This document shows positions 10,763 through 25,219 of a stretch of DNA of 64,000 nucleotides, piece after piece. The notes beneath the pieces were generated by a model. That model made no database searches and had not been told where the DNA came from. It saw nothing but the letters and a program-made list of their open reading frames with translations. The position numbers and the translations under genes are program-made. Source of the DNA: Hyaloraphidium curvatum SAG 235-1 (Eukaryota; Fungi; Monoblepharomycota); contig JAIVFI010000003.1 of assembly GCA_025558095.1 (NCBI GenBank), positions 248,001 to 312,000 on the forward strand. The letters run 5' to 3'. Within the stretch, counting starts at the first letter, position 1. Each line of letters begins with the position of its first letter.

Positions 10763-12390
10763 ATGATGGCTTCAACAGGTCAGCTCCCTTGCAGTCATTT
10801 CCCGCCCAGCACGGCGCTGACGCGACAGGGCGCGTCGCGGGACCACTCCAGAATCGCTCAACCTCCAGAAGTGGTTGAGCGACTCCAACGAGGTCTTCAA
10901 CCTCCGCCTAGGTAATACCCACCCACTTGTCCCGCGATTGCATTCGTTTGCAGGCGGGGCGTGACGCGTCCCCTGGCAGTGTCGGCGGATGACGACCCCG
11001 AGGACCGGAGCGCGTGCTTCCGGCCGGAATTCACGTGGCTTCTCTTCGAGGAGGAGAAGATATTCGGGTACCGCGACCCGAAGATCGACGTGCGTTTCCG
11101 TGTGGGCGCGGAGGCGGGCTCGGGGCGCTGACGCGGGCCGGGCAGCTCTTCTTCGCGGCGGGGTCGCTGCGGCCCTACTTCTCCTTCACCTACGGCTCGC
11201 GGATCCCCAACACTTCGGCGGCGGAGTTCGAGCCGACGGATGTCAAGGCGGCGGTGGACGAGAAGCTGACGATCAAGGATGGTGGGGCTCCCAATGCTTG
11301 GGAGTCAATGCGGTGTAACCGACACGGGTGGCAGACTACGCAACGGACATGGACGAGTTCATGAAGGGCGTGCGGGAGGACGAGGAGAGTTTCGAGCCGA
11401 CCAAGCTCGGGGCGACGGCGGAGAAGCTGCATGAGTACACGCGGGAGCGCAAGGGCGAGCCCGGGGAGCCGCGGACGTTCGAGATCTACAAGGTGGGCCG
11501 GCGACCTCCTGATGCGCCTCCTTGAGCTCATCAGTATCGTTCGTCCGGCGCACAGTTCGACTTTGATTCGCGAAAGTTCCGCGCCTACCACCGCCGCCTG
11601 CAGACCTTCCTACCCCTCTTCATCGACGGCGCCCGCTTCATCGACGACACCGACGAGCGCTGGGAAATCTACGTCACGTTGGCCTCTTCCGCCCCTTTCC
11701 TGTTTCGTTCCCTGACCCGCATTTGTGCAGCTTCGAGCGCCGCCCCCGCCCCACCGGCCGCCCCTCCTACTCGGCCGTCGCCTACGCCACCTGCTACCCC
11801 TTCTTCTACTACCACCCCACCCCCGACAAGAAGCGCATGCGGATAAGCCAGTTCCTCGTGCTCCCGCCGCACCAGAAATCCGGCCACGGGGCGGCGCTGT
11901 ACCGCGCGCTGATGGCCTCGTTCGTCTCGCGGCCCGAGGTGGCCGAGGTGACGGTGGAGGACCCCAACGACTCGTTCACGGACGTGCGGGACGTGGCGGA
12001 CCTGAGGATGCTGGTGGACAAGGGCGCGTTCGCGGCCTGGGAGCGCGGGAAGCTGCCGACGGCGGAGCAGGCGGCGGAGCTGGGCAAGCAGGGGAAGCTG
12101 AGCGCGCGGCAGGCGCGGAGGATGGCCGAGGTGTGGGCGCTCAAGCTCACGAACCCCAAGGACGCGGGGCAGGTCAAGGCGTACAGGCTGTGGGTCAAGG
12201 GGAGGATATACCGCCAGAACAAGGTGCGTGAATGGGCGCCGCGTGGGTGGCTTCTCGCTGCTGACCGCATGCCCGCGCGGATAAGGACGTGCTGGCGACC
12301 ATGACCCTCCAGGAGCGCCGGCAAAAGGTGCACGAGGCGTACGAAGGGCTGGTGGAGCAGGACTACCGCAACATCCTCTTCCACCTTTAA
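10763..12390 (+). CDS. HAT1: histone acetyltransferase type B catalytic subunit
   Basis: Multi-exon. FRPEFT..FEEEKIFGY, LFIDGARFIDDTDERW, RMRISQFLVLPPHQKSGHG and EVTVEDPNDSF. Start codon approximate. Confidence 0.9.
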
Positions 12391-12623
12391 TTCTATCTCC
12401 TGGTGCAAGTTACGCTCCCCCTCCGCCGCCTCCGCGAAACACGTCCCCGTCCAGCGCCTCTTGTCGTCGAAAGCAGAGCAAATTGAAGCAAGCCATCGTT
12501 CCTGTCTTTGTCCGAGAGGTATGGGAATCGTCCCCCCCGCCCTTCCGTCCCTTCACTGCGCCGGCCCCTCCTCCTCCGCGACCCCGGCGCCGAACTTTCC
12601 CCGCATGCGAGCGTCAGCACCCA

Positions 12624-14165
12624 TCACCTGTCCGCATCGCCGTCGCCACGCACCGCATCCGCGTCCGCATCTTCCGCATAGGCCCCGGCCACCTCCCCGC
12701 CGATCCGCATGCCCCCCACCATGGCCGCCAGCTCCTCCTCCCCCCCGTCGACAACCTCGTACCCCTCGTCCTCGCTCCCCGCGCTCGCCTCCGCCGACGC
12801 GCCGAGATCGCTCGGGCTGCGGGGCGCGCGCACCTCGTACCCCCCGACGCCCAGCCGCGCCCCGTCCTCGGCAAAGGCGGGGGGGTACGGCATCGGCACC
12901 GGCCACGCGTACTCGGGGACCACGGGCACCGGCAGAGGCGGGTACGGGAGGTAGAACCCGCCGGGGTAGTAGCCCCCCTCGGCCGACTGCCTGCGCCCGA
13001 AGACGCCCTGCGCGGGAACCGGGGGCCCGTGCTTCATGGCGCGGCGGCGCTGCGCCGCCGCGACCTTGAGCTTCTTCTGCGCGGGCGAGTCGGAGAAGCG
13101 GACCTGCAGGGGCGCGGTGCCGCCGGGGAGGGTGAGGCCGTTGAACTTTTCGATGGCGCGCACGGCGTCGTCGCGGGTTTCGAAGCTGCCGAGGGGGGGT
13201 GAGATGGATCGGGTGCAGGGGGTGGAGGGGGCGCACCGGATGAAGCCGACGCCGCGGGAGACGCCGGAGGAGTCGCGGAGGATCTTCTGGGAGACGATCG
13301 ACATGGGCGCAAAGAGGTCGATCAGGCCCTGTCAACCGCGGGTGAGCAAAAGCGCGAAAGGGCCCCCCCCCCCGGACCGGCGACGCACCTCCTCGGTGAG
13401 CCCGATGGGGATGTTGGAGAGGTAGATGTTTGTGCTCCCCGAGTCCTGGAGGTTCTTGAGCCTCGCCGAGAAGCTCTCCTTGGCGAACGACACCTGCAGC
13501 CCCCTCCGTGCCAGTTCCCCCATGGCCAGCCTGGCCTCGTCCTGGGTCTCGTACATGACGAACCCGTACCCTTTGCACTCGTTTGTGCGTATGTCGATGA
13601 TGGCCTTGGACGAGACGATGCGGCCGAAGCCGCGGCACATGTCGTGCAGCTGCTCGTCCGTCACCGTGGCGGACAGCCCGCGGATGTAGATGTTCGTGAT
13701 GGGCGCGTCGTCGGCGTCCGTGGGCCCCGGGGGAGGCGGGGCGGGGAGGTAGGGCAGGGCCATGTTGTACGACGGGGGGCGGTAGCCGTCCATCTTTGCG
13801 GGGCGGAGCTGCGGCGGCGCGGCGTAGAGGTAGCCGCCGGGCACGGGGGCGGGGTACACGGCGGGCGGGGGCATGCCCGCGTAGCCGGGGGGCAGCATGG
13901 GCATGGCGGGGGCCATGGCGGGGTAGCGCACGGGCGGGCGGGCGACGTAGACGGGGCGGCCGGGGAGCGGGGGGTAGGAAGCGGGGCCGTCGAAGCCGGC
14001 GTCCGCGTTTGCGTCGTCGGAGGGCGAGGAGGCGGGGGCGGCCCTCTGCAGCTGCACGTACGGCACGAACTGCGTGCCGCCGGGGGGGCCGCCCTGCGCG
14101 GGCACGACGGCAAAGTACTGCTGCGGCAGCGGCAGCGGCGCGTGCGGCTGCATGGCCGGCTGCAT
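12624..14165 (-). CDS. two-RRM RNA-binding protein (RBMS/MSSP/Shep-like)
   Basis: TNIYIRGL..SSKAIID..CKGYGFV..VSFAKES and TNIYLSNIP..SQKILRD..SRGVGFIR..LQVRFSDS, with Pro/Tyr-rich low-complexity flanks. Confidence 0.85.
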
Positions 14166-14855
14166 GGCGGCGGAGCGGGCGCCGGGATGCGCGCGGGGCC
14201 GCTTAAGGGGAGTCGGGGAGCTAAGCGGCAAAGAGGGCCCTGCCGGGATGGGGCGGAGGTGTGAGTCGGCGGCGACGTTCCCCCGCCGGGTCCAAGCGGG
14301 GCCCTATCCACCCGGGCGCCGCTTAAGGAAGGCGCTTAAAGCAGTTTAAGTGGGGTCGCGGGCGGCCGAGGAGCGTCGCGTCCGCCGAGCACCGCAGCGC
14401 GTGCGGCGCTCCGTCGGAAGCCCCGCGGCCCCCGCGGCCCCGCCCGCCGCCGCACGCTCCTCCGCGCTGCCTGTCGGACGTCTCAGCGCGCCCGCGCTGC
14501 CCGCCGCCCCGCCGGGCCCCGCACGGTGCCCCCTCCGGTGCTCGGCTCTCGCGCTACGCCCTCAGCACCGCTCGCTCCGCCCGCCCCACCGCACGCCGGC
14601 CGTCGGGACCCACCGAGTGCTGCTGGCCGGGCCCCCGCGTGCCAAACTGCCGCACCCCGCTGGCCCGAACCGCTGTTTGCGGTGGCCTTGCGTCCCGATG
14701 AGTTGAAGGGGTTCGCTGTGGTGCGTTCCTCTAGTCTGCCGCAACCAGCCCCCGTGGCTGAGCTGACTTTGAGTCGATCGACGTTTCCACGAGTTCGCGC
14801 GAACCCATGATGATCGGCACCCATCTCTATTTGGCCCTCCATCGGAAACCGCCCC

Positions 14856-16543
<1,688 letters not shown>

Positions 16544-16934
16544 TGCGGCGGGAATCGGGGGCGAATGGGGCGATAGATAAACGGCGAGCGTTTGTTTGCG
16601 GGAGGAGTTGGACGGCGTCGGCCGCTCGGAGGCGCGGCACCGTCCGTGCATCTCCACAGGCGGCTCGGAGGCGCTGTGTGCAGCAGCTCGCCAAAAGCCG
16701 ACGTCCCGAACCGTTGGATGGTTCCTCTTTCCACATCGGCGGGCCGTGGCCGCGATTCGTTGGGCATGGTCTGCGTCAGCTCCGATCATCTTCCAACGCC
16801 TCAAGACAAGACAAGAGAGCAAGAAACCAAATCAAGACTGGGGAAGATCTCGGGCGATGCTGTCCACCGGCAATCAGCCGTCCGGTAGGAACAGTCTCGC
16901 GCCGGCTTCGCCCGCCGCAGTTCTCCGCGGCGCC

Positions 16935-18449
16935 TCACTTCCCTCCCTTTTTCTTTCGCTGCTGGAAGATCCTCTCCGCCTCCCCTTTCCCCAGCATGTC
17001 GTCCACCACGCGCCCCGTCACGTCGTCCATGTCCTTCATGAGCTCCACCACCCTCGACGACAGCCCTTCATCGTCGTCTTGCCGAAGAGACTTTGCATCC
17101 ACGCAGACGTCCTTGTGCCCCGCCTTCCACGCCGCGCGCAGGCACGCCTCTGAGCAGTACCTCGCGATCCTGCACCTCGCGCATCTCTTGAGGGTCTCGG
17201 CCGCGGCGGAGCACGCATCGCACCGGTCGGCCACCCTGCCCGAGGCCGCCACCCTCTCGCGGATGGCGGCGTACGTCTCGGGCCAGTCGGGACCGGCACC
17301 GGCGCCGTCCCACCGCTGGGCCGAGCCGATCGCCTGGACATAGATCCGGGCCATCTGCTTCAGCGCCGGGGAGCATCCGCGCCGCTCGGAGAGGGCGCGC
17401 AGGTGCTCGTGCGCGGCCGCGGCGGCAGGGTAGTTCTCGGTGTTGGAGTGGTCGCGCCAGGGTTTGGGGTGCTCGAGGAGGATGTTGAGGAAGGGGGCCA
17501 TGCCGTTCTGGATCTCCACCGCGAGCGCGTCCTGGTCCTGCCCGCCGAGGCTGTCAGCCCTCAGGGTACAGCAGAAGAGGGGTCCCGAGACGGCGCCGAC
17601 GCTTAGAGCATCGAGCAAGAGCACGTCTTCGGCGAGACGGCCGCGGCACGGTGCTGCCGTGGCGAGGTGGGAGATGCCGACGGCGGCGGAAACGAACATC
17701 GGATGGAAGAGATCGTTGTACCGCCTCGTTGCCTCTTCCTCGTGCGCGGGGGGCTTGCCGGTGATCTCGATGTGGAGAAGGAATTCGATCACGTAGGCAC
17801 CCCAGGCCATCCGGCGCAAGTCTTCCGAATAGTCCATCGCGATCCGGCGGTACAGCGGCAGTATGCGGGGGAGCAAGAGCACGGCGAGCTGCGCGATCAA
17901 TTCCTGCGAAAGCGGCCCCGCCGGCATGGAAGAACCGGGCGGGAAGAACTCCCGCAGCAAGGCAGCGTGTTCGGGCATGTCGGGCCGGAACAGAGCCGTG
18001 AGCAAGTCCGTGCTGCGCTTGACGGCGACGTTCACGCGATCGAGCGCGGCCGGGACGCGTCCAGGGGGCAGTGGGTCGGCCAGAAGGGCCATCAGAACGC
18101 CGTAAGGCTTTGCAGCATCGGCTGCAGCGCGCACGACGGCGGCAAGGAATCCAGACGCGTCGAACGCCTCCCAGCCGGGGGCGCAGAACCGCGGCACGGC
18201 GTTGGGCGGGAACGGCGAGTCGTCGACGCGCACGGCGACGGGCTTCTTTCGCGCGGGGTCCGCCACTTTGGCCCGCAACATCGCCCGCGGCGCCTCGGCG
18301 GCCATGGCGAAGGCGCGGCCGAGCTCGGCGGTGGCGGGGATCGCCCCGCCCTCCGTATTGAGCCCGCGCATGGCCTCCAGCGCCGCCGCCACGGCATCAA
18401 GTGTCTCATCGTGCGGCTCCTGCGTATCGCGTCGCTGGCGCGGCGGCAT
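16935..18449 (-). CDS. MYND-type zinc finger protein
   Basis: CDACS..LKRCARCRIARYCSEACLRAAWKAGHKDVC near the C-terminus of an intronless ORF. Confidence 0.85.
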   Translation of the reverse strand: MPPRQRRDTQEPHDETLDAVAAALEAMRGLNTEGGAIPATAELGRAFAMAAEAPRAMLRAKVADPARKKPVAVRVDDSPFPPNAVPRFCAPGWEAFDASGFLAAVVRAAADAAKPYGVLMALLADPLPPGRVPAALDRVNVAVKRSTDLLTALFRPDMPEHAALLREFFPPGSSMPAGPLSQELIAQLAVLLLPRILPLYRRIAMDYSEDLRRMAWGAYVIEFLLHIEITGKPPAHEEEATRRYNDLFHPMFVSAAVGISHLATAAPCRGRLAEDVLLLDALSVGAVSGPLFCCTLRADSLGGQDQDALAVEIQNGMAPFLNILLEHPKPWRDHSNTENYPAAAAAHEHLRALSERRGCSPALKQMARIYVQAIGSAQRWDGAGAGPDWPETYAAIRERVAASGRVADRCDACSAAAETLKRCARCRIARYCSEACLRAAWKAGHKDVCVDAKSLRQDDDEGLSSRVVELMKDMDDVTGRVVDDMLGKGEAERIFQQRKKKGGK

Positions 18450-18609
18450 GGCTGCGCGGTGTTCGGAGGTGTTCGAACCCCAGCCAACAACCGCCGTCAC
18501 ACGTGGGACGCCCGAGTCAGAAAACCATGATCACCTCGGTCCAGATGGATGTTCGGAGTTTCGCAATAGGGTAGCGCTGTGTCAGAAGCCCACTCTCTCC
18601 CGGCCGGCC

Positions 18610-18893
18610 CCCGCAAGATCCAGCGCTTCATGTCGCAGCCCTTCACCACCGCCCAGGTCTTCACCGGCTACGAGGGCAAGTTCGTCTCTCTGCCCGACAC
18701 CATCAAGTCCTTCAAGGAGATCCTCGAGGGCAAGTGGGACCAGTGGGTTGATTTCGCACCTGCCGTGCCCGGACGTCGCTGATCGGTCCGCTGCGCCCCC
18801 AGCCTGCCCGAGGCCGCGTTCTACATGGTCGGGGACATCCAGGACGTCGTGAAGAAAGCTGAGCAAATTGCGAGAGAGATGGGGTCCGGATAG
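18610..18893 (+). pseudogene. ATP synthase beta 3' fragment
   Basis: [35 protein letters not shown] with no upstream exons. Confidence 0.88.
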
Positions 18894-19645
18894 GTTGCGA
18901 CGACGCAATAAAGGCGATGATCACTTTGAGTTGCAATTGGGCAATCACCGGCATCCACTTCAACCGAGCTCCTCCCAAAGATCTATGGCGTCGAAAGCCC
19001 TGCGATCCTGCAGCGTCTCGCTCTCTAAATCTTCTCGTCGTCGGACTCGAGCAGTTCGATAACGGCGCTCTCTTCCTTGGTGGTCGAGGCGGCGCTGCCA
19101 GATCAACCTATCCTTTTCCTTCTTGTCGAGCTTGCCCCAAGCTTCCCGGATCAACTTGGTATGGAAACCTGTAAGCGATCGAGGTTACTGGTGCGTAGAG
19201 CAAAGGCTACGAGACCTACCCATAGCTCCGGGCTTGTCGCTCCACTCCGGGTGGAGGCGCCGCTGGTCCCGAAGTGCGGCGGCGAAGAATGGAGGAGTGC
19301 GCGATTTCCACACTCGAGGCCCTTGACGCTGTCCAGCGCGGGAAGTTTTCTATACGGCTCGGACTGCTTGACGATCTGCATGTGGTTGGGGCGTCGTGGC
19401 AGGAGGGGAAAAGCGAATCGAGGCGATCTCTACTCTGGCGGGGCGGGCCGGCCGGGGCCGGTGGCGCGCGGGTCCGCCCGATCGCTGGGTCCGGCTTCGT
19501 CACTGCATGGCGCGACACTGCCCATTTTTAAATCAGCGTCGATCGGCAAGAGCTTGGGGTTGATGGACCGACGAGCGCGGTTGGCCGTCACCACCGCCGT
19601 CCCCGCGACACCTCCAAAGCACAACTCGCCAGACCCTTTCCGGCA
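18610..19645 (+). repeat. left arm of inverted duplication: 5'-less ATP2 3' end plus a deleted copy of the HMG-box gene
   Basis: Reverse complement of ~26450-27653 (18610 pairs with 27653). Retains the last ATP2 intron. Has a ~140-nt internal deletion near 19289; similarity decays after ~19541. Confidence 0.92.
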
Positions 19646-19774
19646 TCCGGGCCAATGACGTGCTGCAGACGTGCATTCGGAAAAGCCACTACATTCCCCA
19701 TCGACGACGTGCGGCGATTGCGCCCGACCAAGCTTGAAAGATGTAACAATGTCCTCAGACGCCGCGATTTTTCA

Positions 19775-22703
19775 TCAACACAGGCCGCCCGGGGCGGCGT
19801 AACGGGTCCAGAACGCCGTGTTGGCCCTCCGAACCACGGCGGGGTCCAAGAAGCTCCTCGCAAAGAGGTAGAACCTGTACACGTCGTCGAAGTTGGTGGC
19901 CAGCCCGATGCTGATACGGATCATGGCGAACGGTCCCTTGGGTAGGGCCAGGCACGTCTCGCCAAACATCATCTCCGGGTTCACAGTCCACTCTTCGAGC
20001 CCCAGGGCGGCCGTGGAGCATCCAGGATTGCAGAAGCAACCTACGCGCACATTGACATTTTCCCGGTTCGCTTCTTGCTCGATAACCTTCGCGTGGATGT
20101 CGTTGCCGTCGGCGTCCACAAAGTTGGCCACGACGGTGCCGCCCCTCATCTTTGTGTGGTGCGGCCCGTAGATTATCGCGAGCTGCTTGCCGTTGGGGTG
20201 TTTGATCGACAGCAGCGCCTCGATCAGCCACCCCGTCAGGATCGAGACCAGTGACGTGATGCTCTCGATCCCGATCCGGTCGATGTAGCGGAGGCCGATC
20301 TCGACGGCGGGGATGTTGAGGTAGTTGACCGTCCCGTCCTCGAACCGCGGGTGCCCATCCGCCAGCCAGAAGTGGCCGCCGTCGTGTACGGTCACCGCGC
20401 GGACCGTGCCCCCCATGAAACCCGGGCGTTCCAGGAGCGAATAGGCATCCTTGCGGATGAGCAGGCAGCCCAAACCGGTGGGGAAGCCGAAGATCTTGTA
20501 GAATGAAACCGGGGCAAAGTGCGGCTTGTAGACGGAAAGGTCCAGGCGCGACGAGGGCACGTAGGCGGCCACATCGCAGAGCACGATCCATCCCAGATCC
20601 TGTGCCATCTTGATGTAGTCGAGCGAATGCTTGACGCCCGACACGTTGCTCTGGGCGGGGTACGCAAACAGGTGTGGTCCGGGCCCCGCGGTCTTGATCG
20701 CTTCCAGCTTCTCCTTCAATATCGCCTCGTCCATCCGGAGCTCGGGGCGGAAGATGGGCACCACGTCGACCTTGGCGCCCTTGCCGCGCGCCCACTCGCG
20801 GATCCCGACCACGCTGTTGTGATCATCCATCGAGTAGAGGTAGGTCGAGTCCTTGGTGAAGACGAAGTTGTCGGCGACGATCTTGCAGGCGTTGCTCGCG
20901 TTCTGGGTAAAGATGACGTCGTACTCGTCGCGGCTGGCGCGGAAAAAGTCGAGCACGGCTTCGCGGGCGTGCTTGTCGAGGAAAGCGGCGGCGAGCGAGG
21001 CCGGGCAGGCCGAGTGCGGGTTGCCCAGGACGTTCTCGCGCAAGAGGAGCAGCAGCGCGTCGAGCTGGGAGCGGGCCGGAAGACCGCCGGCCGTGTAATC
21101 CAGGTAGACAGCCTGGGTCTTGTCGAGCGTGGGGTACTCGGTCGGGCGGAGGTCGCGCAGCCGCTTGACGGGCTCCGAGTTCCACTCGGGGTTCTTGGCG
21201 ACGAATTCCGCGTACATGGCGTCCCGCCCGGCGATGTAGGCCGGATCGGTCAGCTGCGGCACGGCTGCGATGACGAGCGCGGTCATAGAGCGGATCAGTG
21301 CCACGCATGCGACGAAACAGGAGCGCGACTCACATCGGCTCCTCTGCACCTCGTTCTCGGATCGGTCATCCGTGAAAGCGTCCAGCATCTCCTTGTCCGC
21401 CAGCATTTTCTGGTTCGTCCACATGGCCTTGTTGAAGAAAGGATGCTTGAATGTGAGGCCGACTTCATCTTCGTCGTCCTCGGCCCGCTTCTTTTCCATC
21501 TCGTCCAGGTCATTCATGAACCTGGCGTGCCACTTTGCAAAGAGCTCGTTCGTCCACTCGCTCATGTCACCGTGCGCATCGTGGCTGTCCCCGGCGATCT
21601 GGAAGTCGGTCAGGGCGGTGCGCACGCCCTGCTCGAGCGTGACCGCGGTCTGGTTGATCGGGATGAAAGCCATGTCCTTCATTTCCGCCGGCAGGTTGTT
21701 GGCCGTGCCGACACGCTTCGAGACCGGGGCAGCGCGCGCCGACACCGCCTCGGAACGCGGCTTGGCCAGCGGGGTCACGATCTGGGTCCACATGGAATCC
21801 AAGTTGTCCTCGGGGCGTTTGTCGGGGGCGACGCGGCCGGTCGTCCGCATCCCGCGGAAGCTGGCGAAGAGGCCGGGCTTCGGGGCGGGCACGGGCTTGG
21901 CGACCTGCACCATCTTGCAGACGCCGTTGTGGCACTCGATCTTGAACTCGGGCTCGTCCTCGGCAGGCACCTCCTCGCCGCCGCCCACCACCGTCTCCAG
22001 CGGCGTCGCGAACATGCGGTACATCTGGGGAAGCCAGCGCGCGTAGACTCCGAGCACTTCGTCGCGAGAGTACGGTCTGATGGTGGTGTCGTCAGCGGAC
22101 CAGAGGCCGGAAGCAGACCGAACCGCGAACAAACCTCTGATAGTCGCGATACATCGAGGCAGGCAACAGCTTGAACCGAACGAGAATCTCGGAGTAAATG
22201 AGGCAGGCAAAGCAGATGCTAAACACACAGTCCGAGATCAGGGCAAACATGAGTATCAGGAGCGGCACCGGCGGCGACGAGGGGCCTGGAGGGAGCAACG
22301 CCGAGAGGATCGTCTGCAGCGCGAGCAGAAAAACGCAAATGGCCATGGAGAAGCGCTTGGGGGCACCGGGGCAGGGCTTGAAAGGCAGGTACAGTGCGAT
22401 CACGCGAGCGACCACGTAGACCGGATGCGCCCCTGGGCCGGTGAAGAACACCGTCAAACAGAGCATGGTCTGAATCAATGCAAGTGCCCATGGGGACCAA
22501 AACGGCTGCGTCTGAAAGCAGGCGACGAGCGTCGGTATCGAAAAGAGCAGGTTCATCGATGCCACGACGCGGAACTCGGCTGTGTTGCCGACGCGCGGCC
22601 ATCCAATGGCGGGGGGCACGGTGATTGCTGGGAGCACGAGCGACACGCCGTTCGCAGGCAGGCGCCGCGTGGACGAGAGGCTCTCGACGTCTCCGCCGGC
22701 CAT
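19775..22703 (-). CDS. fusion of DUF4395-like membrane domain, linker and class V PLP enzyme (MoCo-sulfurase N-domain / cysteine desulfurase-like, no MOSC domain)
   Basis: Exon 1 has WPRVGNTAEFRVVA, GAPKRFSMAIC and FSICFACLIY. Intron 22077-22134 (58 nt, CTGAC branch) joins it in frame as DYQR|PYSRDEV; in-frame intron 21265-21333. C-terminal YLDYTAGG, GNPHS, IFTQNAS, DDHNSVVGIRE, PAQSNVSG, SFYKIFGFPTGLG, RFEDGT and RVGCFCNPG. Confidence 0.82.
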
Positions 22704-23453
22704 GTTGTGGCGACGCGGGGGACAGCGCGGCCGCGGCGACTCGGGCTTGCGCTCGGTCGGAACCTCGCGCTCGCTATTCGCAGAAAGGGTCCAGACCCGG
22801 CGCGAGGAGGCGGACGGCAGGCGTGGCCGCGGCGACTTGGGCTGGCGGTCGGGTCGTCACGTATTCGCAGGAGCCTGGACCCGATGACGCCTGAACTGCA
22901 CAGCCCGATCGAAAGCCAAAGAAACACGGGCCGGCGGAACATAGTTCCGGAAAACAATGGGTGAGCGGAATGTATTATCCCTGCTTCATGCGACTGCTGT
23001 GTAGGGTACCTTGGGTATTGCAGGCGACACAGACGCGATCGGGCGGCATCGCGGGGCGAGCGCAACGGCAGCGGGGCGTGCATCTACGACGGCAGCAGCA
23101 GGTTCTGCGCGCGGGATCTGCGGCCTATTCAAGCAATTGGGCTCGTGCACGTTTGCTTGCTTTGCCATCAAGGCTCAAAATTGGTCGAGTCGAGCGGCGC
23201 CGCCCTGGCGTGAGCTCGATTGCGGTGCGGCACTGTGTTCTCTCCTCTTCGGAAACGCTCGACCGGACAGAACGTCGACTGTATTCAAAGCAAAAGACTT
23301 TGATTGCCCAGACAGACTGTACAGGATGCTAAAGTCAATCCAAAAGCACCGTCAAAGTGCAAGACCATTCCTTGCAACAGCCAAAAGATTGTCTTCGCCC
23401 TTAAGTCCTTCCTGACCGATGAGCCCTGCGAGTGCTCGATTCAGAAACTTCAC

Positions 23454-24806
23454 CTAAGCAACGGTCAGAGAGCACCAATTATGAGCCAGAGTTGAGACCA
23501 CGCACCACCGTCCCCATGCCCCATGCCCAGCGGACGACTCAGCGGACCCTGACTCCGGGCCTTCCTCCCACCAGTTCTCGCCTTCGAAGTACTCGGTCTC
23601 GAACGGACCTCCCTCAGCAAGCACCTTTTCGACCCAGAAGTGCACCTGAAACTTCAGGTAATGCGTAACGCTCCTCGCAGACCCGGGGCGTCACGGTCTC
23701 GAGAACTGCGCTGTCCCCCACCGCCTCCGCTTCCCCTCAGGAAACGCCTCGTAAGCACCCGTTTGCGAGATGCGAAGTCGTCCCAGCCGAACGGTTCTTC
23801 TGCTGTGATCCGAGCCTGGCCTTCCTCGCTCAGGATGTCTCTCTCCTCATTGATAGAGATGCCGATCAAGCACAGCTTGTACTTGAGGTCGACCGCATTC
23901 CCCTGGCCGCCGCGATATTCGATATAGACACCGAGCTCAGAGCCAGAATGGTCGAGAACAAGGAGCCTGAACTTCTCGCCCTGCACCTCGAACTCCTCGG
24001 ATGCAAACGCGACACGCTGCCCGATACCGATGCGTTCGATCCCACGGGCGCCAGCAGGGATGCTCCGAGGAAACACTGTTCCGGCGTATCCGATGGGCAC
24101 TGAGATCGGAAATCCTTGGAGGGCGTCCGCAGTGTCTTCGACCTTGGTGAGCCTTGATTCGAGCTTCGCAATGTACTCGTCCTTCAAAGCCACATGAGCG
24201 AGTACGGCGTCAATCATGTGGGCTTCGAGCTGAGGCCCGTCACCCTTTGAGTTCCGAACATCAATGCCGGTCATGAAGATCGTGCGTCGCACTGCACTGT
24301 ACCTGGAAATCGCAACCCTTGACCATGCACTTCGTAACACGGCACGGGCAAGGGCCCAGTTGGTGTTCCTTAATCGAATTGAACCGGGATTAGAACGGTT
24401 GCCGCTTTCGCGTGCTGTTTCTGCAAACCTGCATGGTGGACGGGGGGGAGACAATTCCGGAGCTGAGGTTGCACTACTTGAACTTGGCGCACGACGCGTA
24501 ATGAGCCGGAAGGTTCGCGATTTTGACGCGTGCTCCGCATCCTCCGGGGCAGAACACGTCGATCAATTTGTAGAAGTCGGCTCCCATCACGTTGTCCAGG
24601 ATGGCGGGTCGGGTTTCGATCGCGGCGCGGCACACCGGGCATGCTTGAAGCGCAGCGACGCAAGGTCCGCAGAATTTGTGTCTGCACGGCAAGAGCATGA
24701 CCGGGTCTCGGTGCGGCAGGTAGTCTTCCTTGCACACAGCGCACGGGATGGTGGTGGGCACCGGGAGCGCCATCGCGGGATTCTCTGCAGCCGGGCACAG
24801 CGCCAT
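23454..24806 (-). CDS. TRAF-like RING / zinc finger / coiled-coil / MATH protein; 3' end uncertain, possibly disrupted
   Basis: C3HC4 RING (CAVC..PCRHKFCGPC..CPVC), then C..GC..LPAHYASC, coiled coil EYIAKLESRLTKVE and MATH-like SEEFEVQGEKFRLLV..LGVYIEY..FGWDDF. Needs an intron at ~24429-24477; stop or frameshift at 23654. Confidence 0.65.
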
Positions 24807-25219
24807 AGAACACGGAGTCGTGATCTGGCTTCAATGTTTCTTACATTGCAACTCGTGAACGATGAAAGCAGCGAGCCGAAGGCCGGTTGTCAGGTCGTCC
24901 CGGACCAGGGGAGTGGAGTCATGTGAGAACCGACTCACCGATAGCACCACTGACAGTTTTGCTAGCTTTGTCTCCCACCGTACGAATCTGAGCGGCAGCG
25001 TAGTGCAAGCCGATGCTTGTAGTAATCGTCACATTCCGTCGCTCGCTGGTGCTTTCGAACCCCATCGCGGCCGATCGGCACAGGGGCCCAGCGCGGCAGC
25101 GCATGCAGGCGCTCAAGGGGTGCTCCGTGCTCTGCATCCTGCACTACCCCTGTCGAAGGGGGGGAAAGACTTGACTCAAAAAACACCACTAACATTACAA
25201 GGCCATTCGCTGATTTTAG

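Noticed and set aside
19775-21200. Calling the PLP gene a canonical MoCo sulfurase (hxB/MOCOS)
   Set aside because: The ORF ends without a MOSC domain and carries an N-terminal membrane domain instead.
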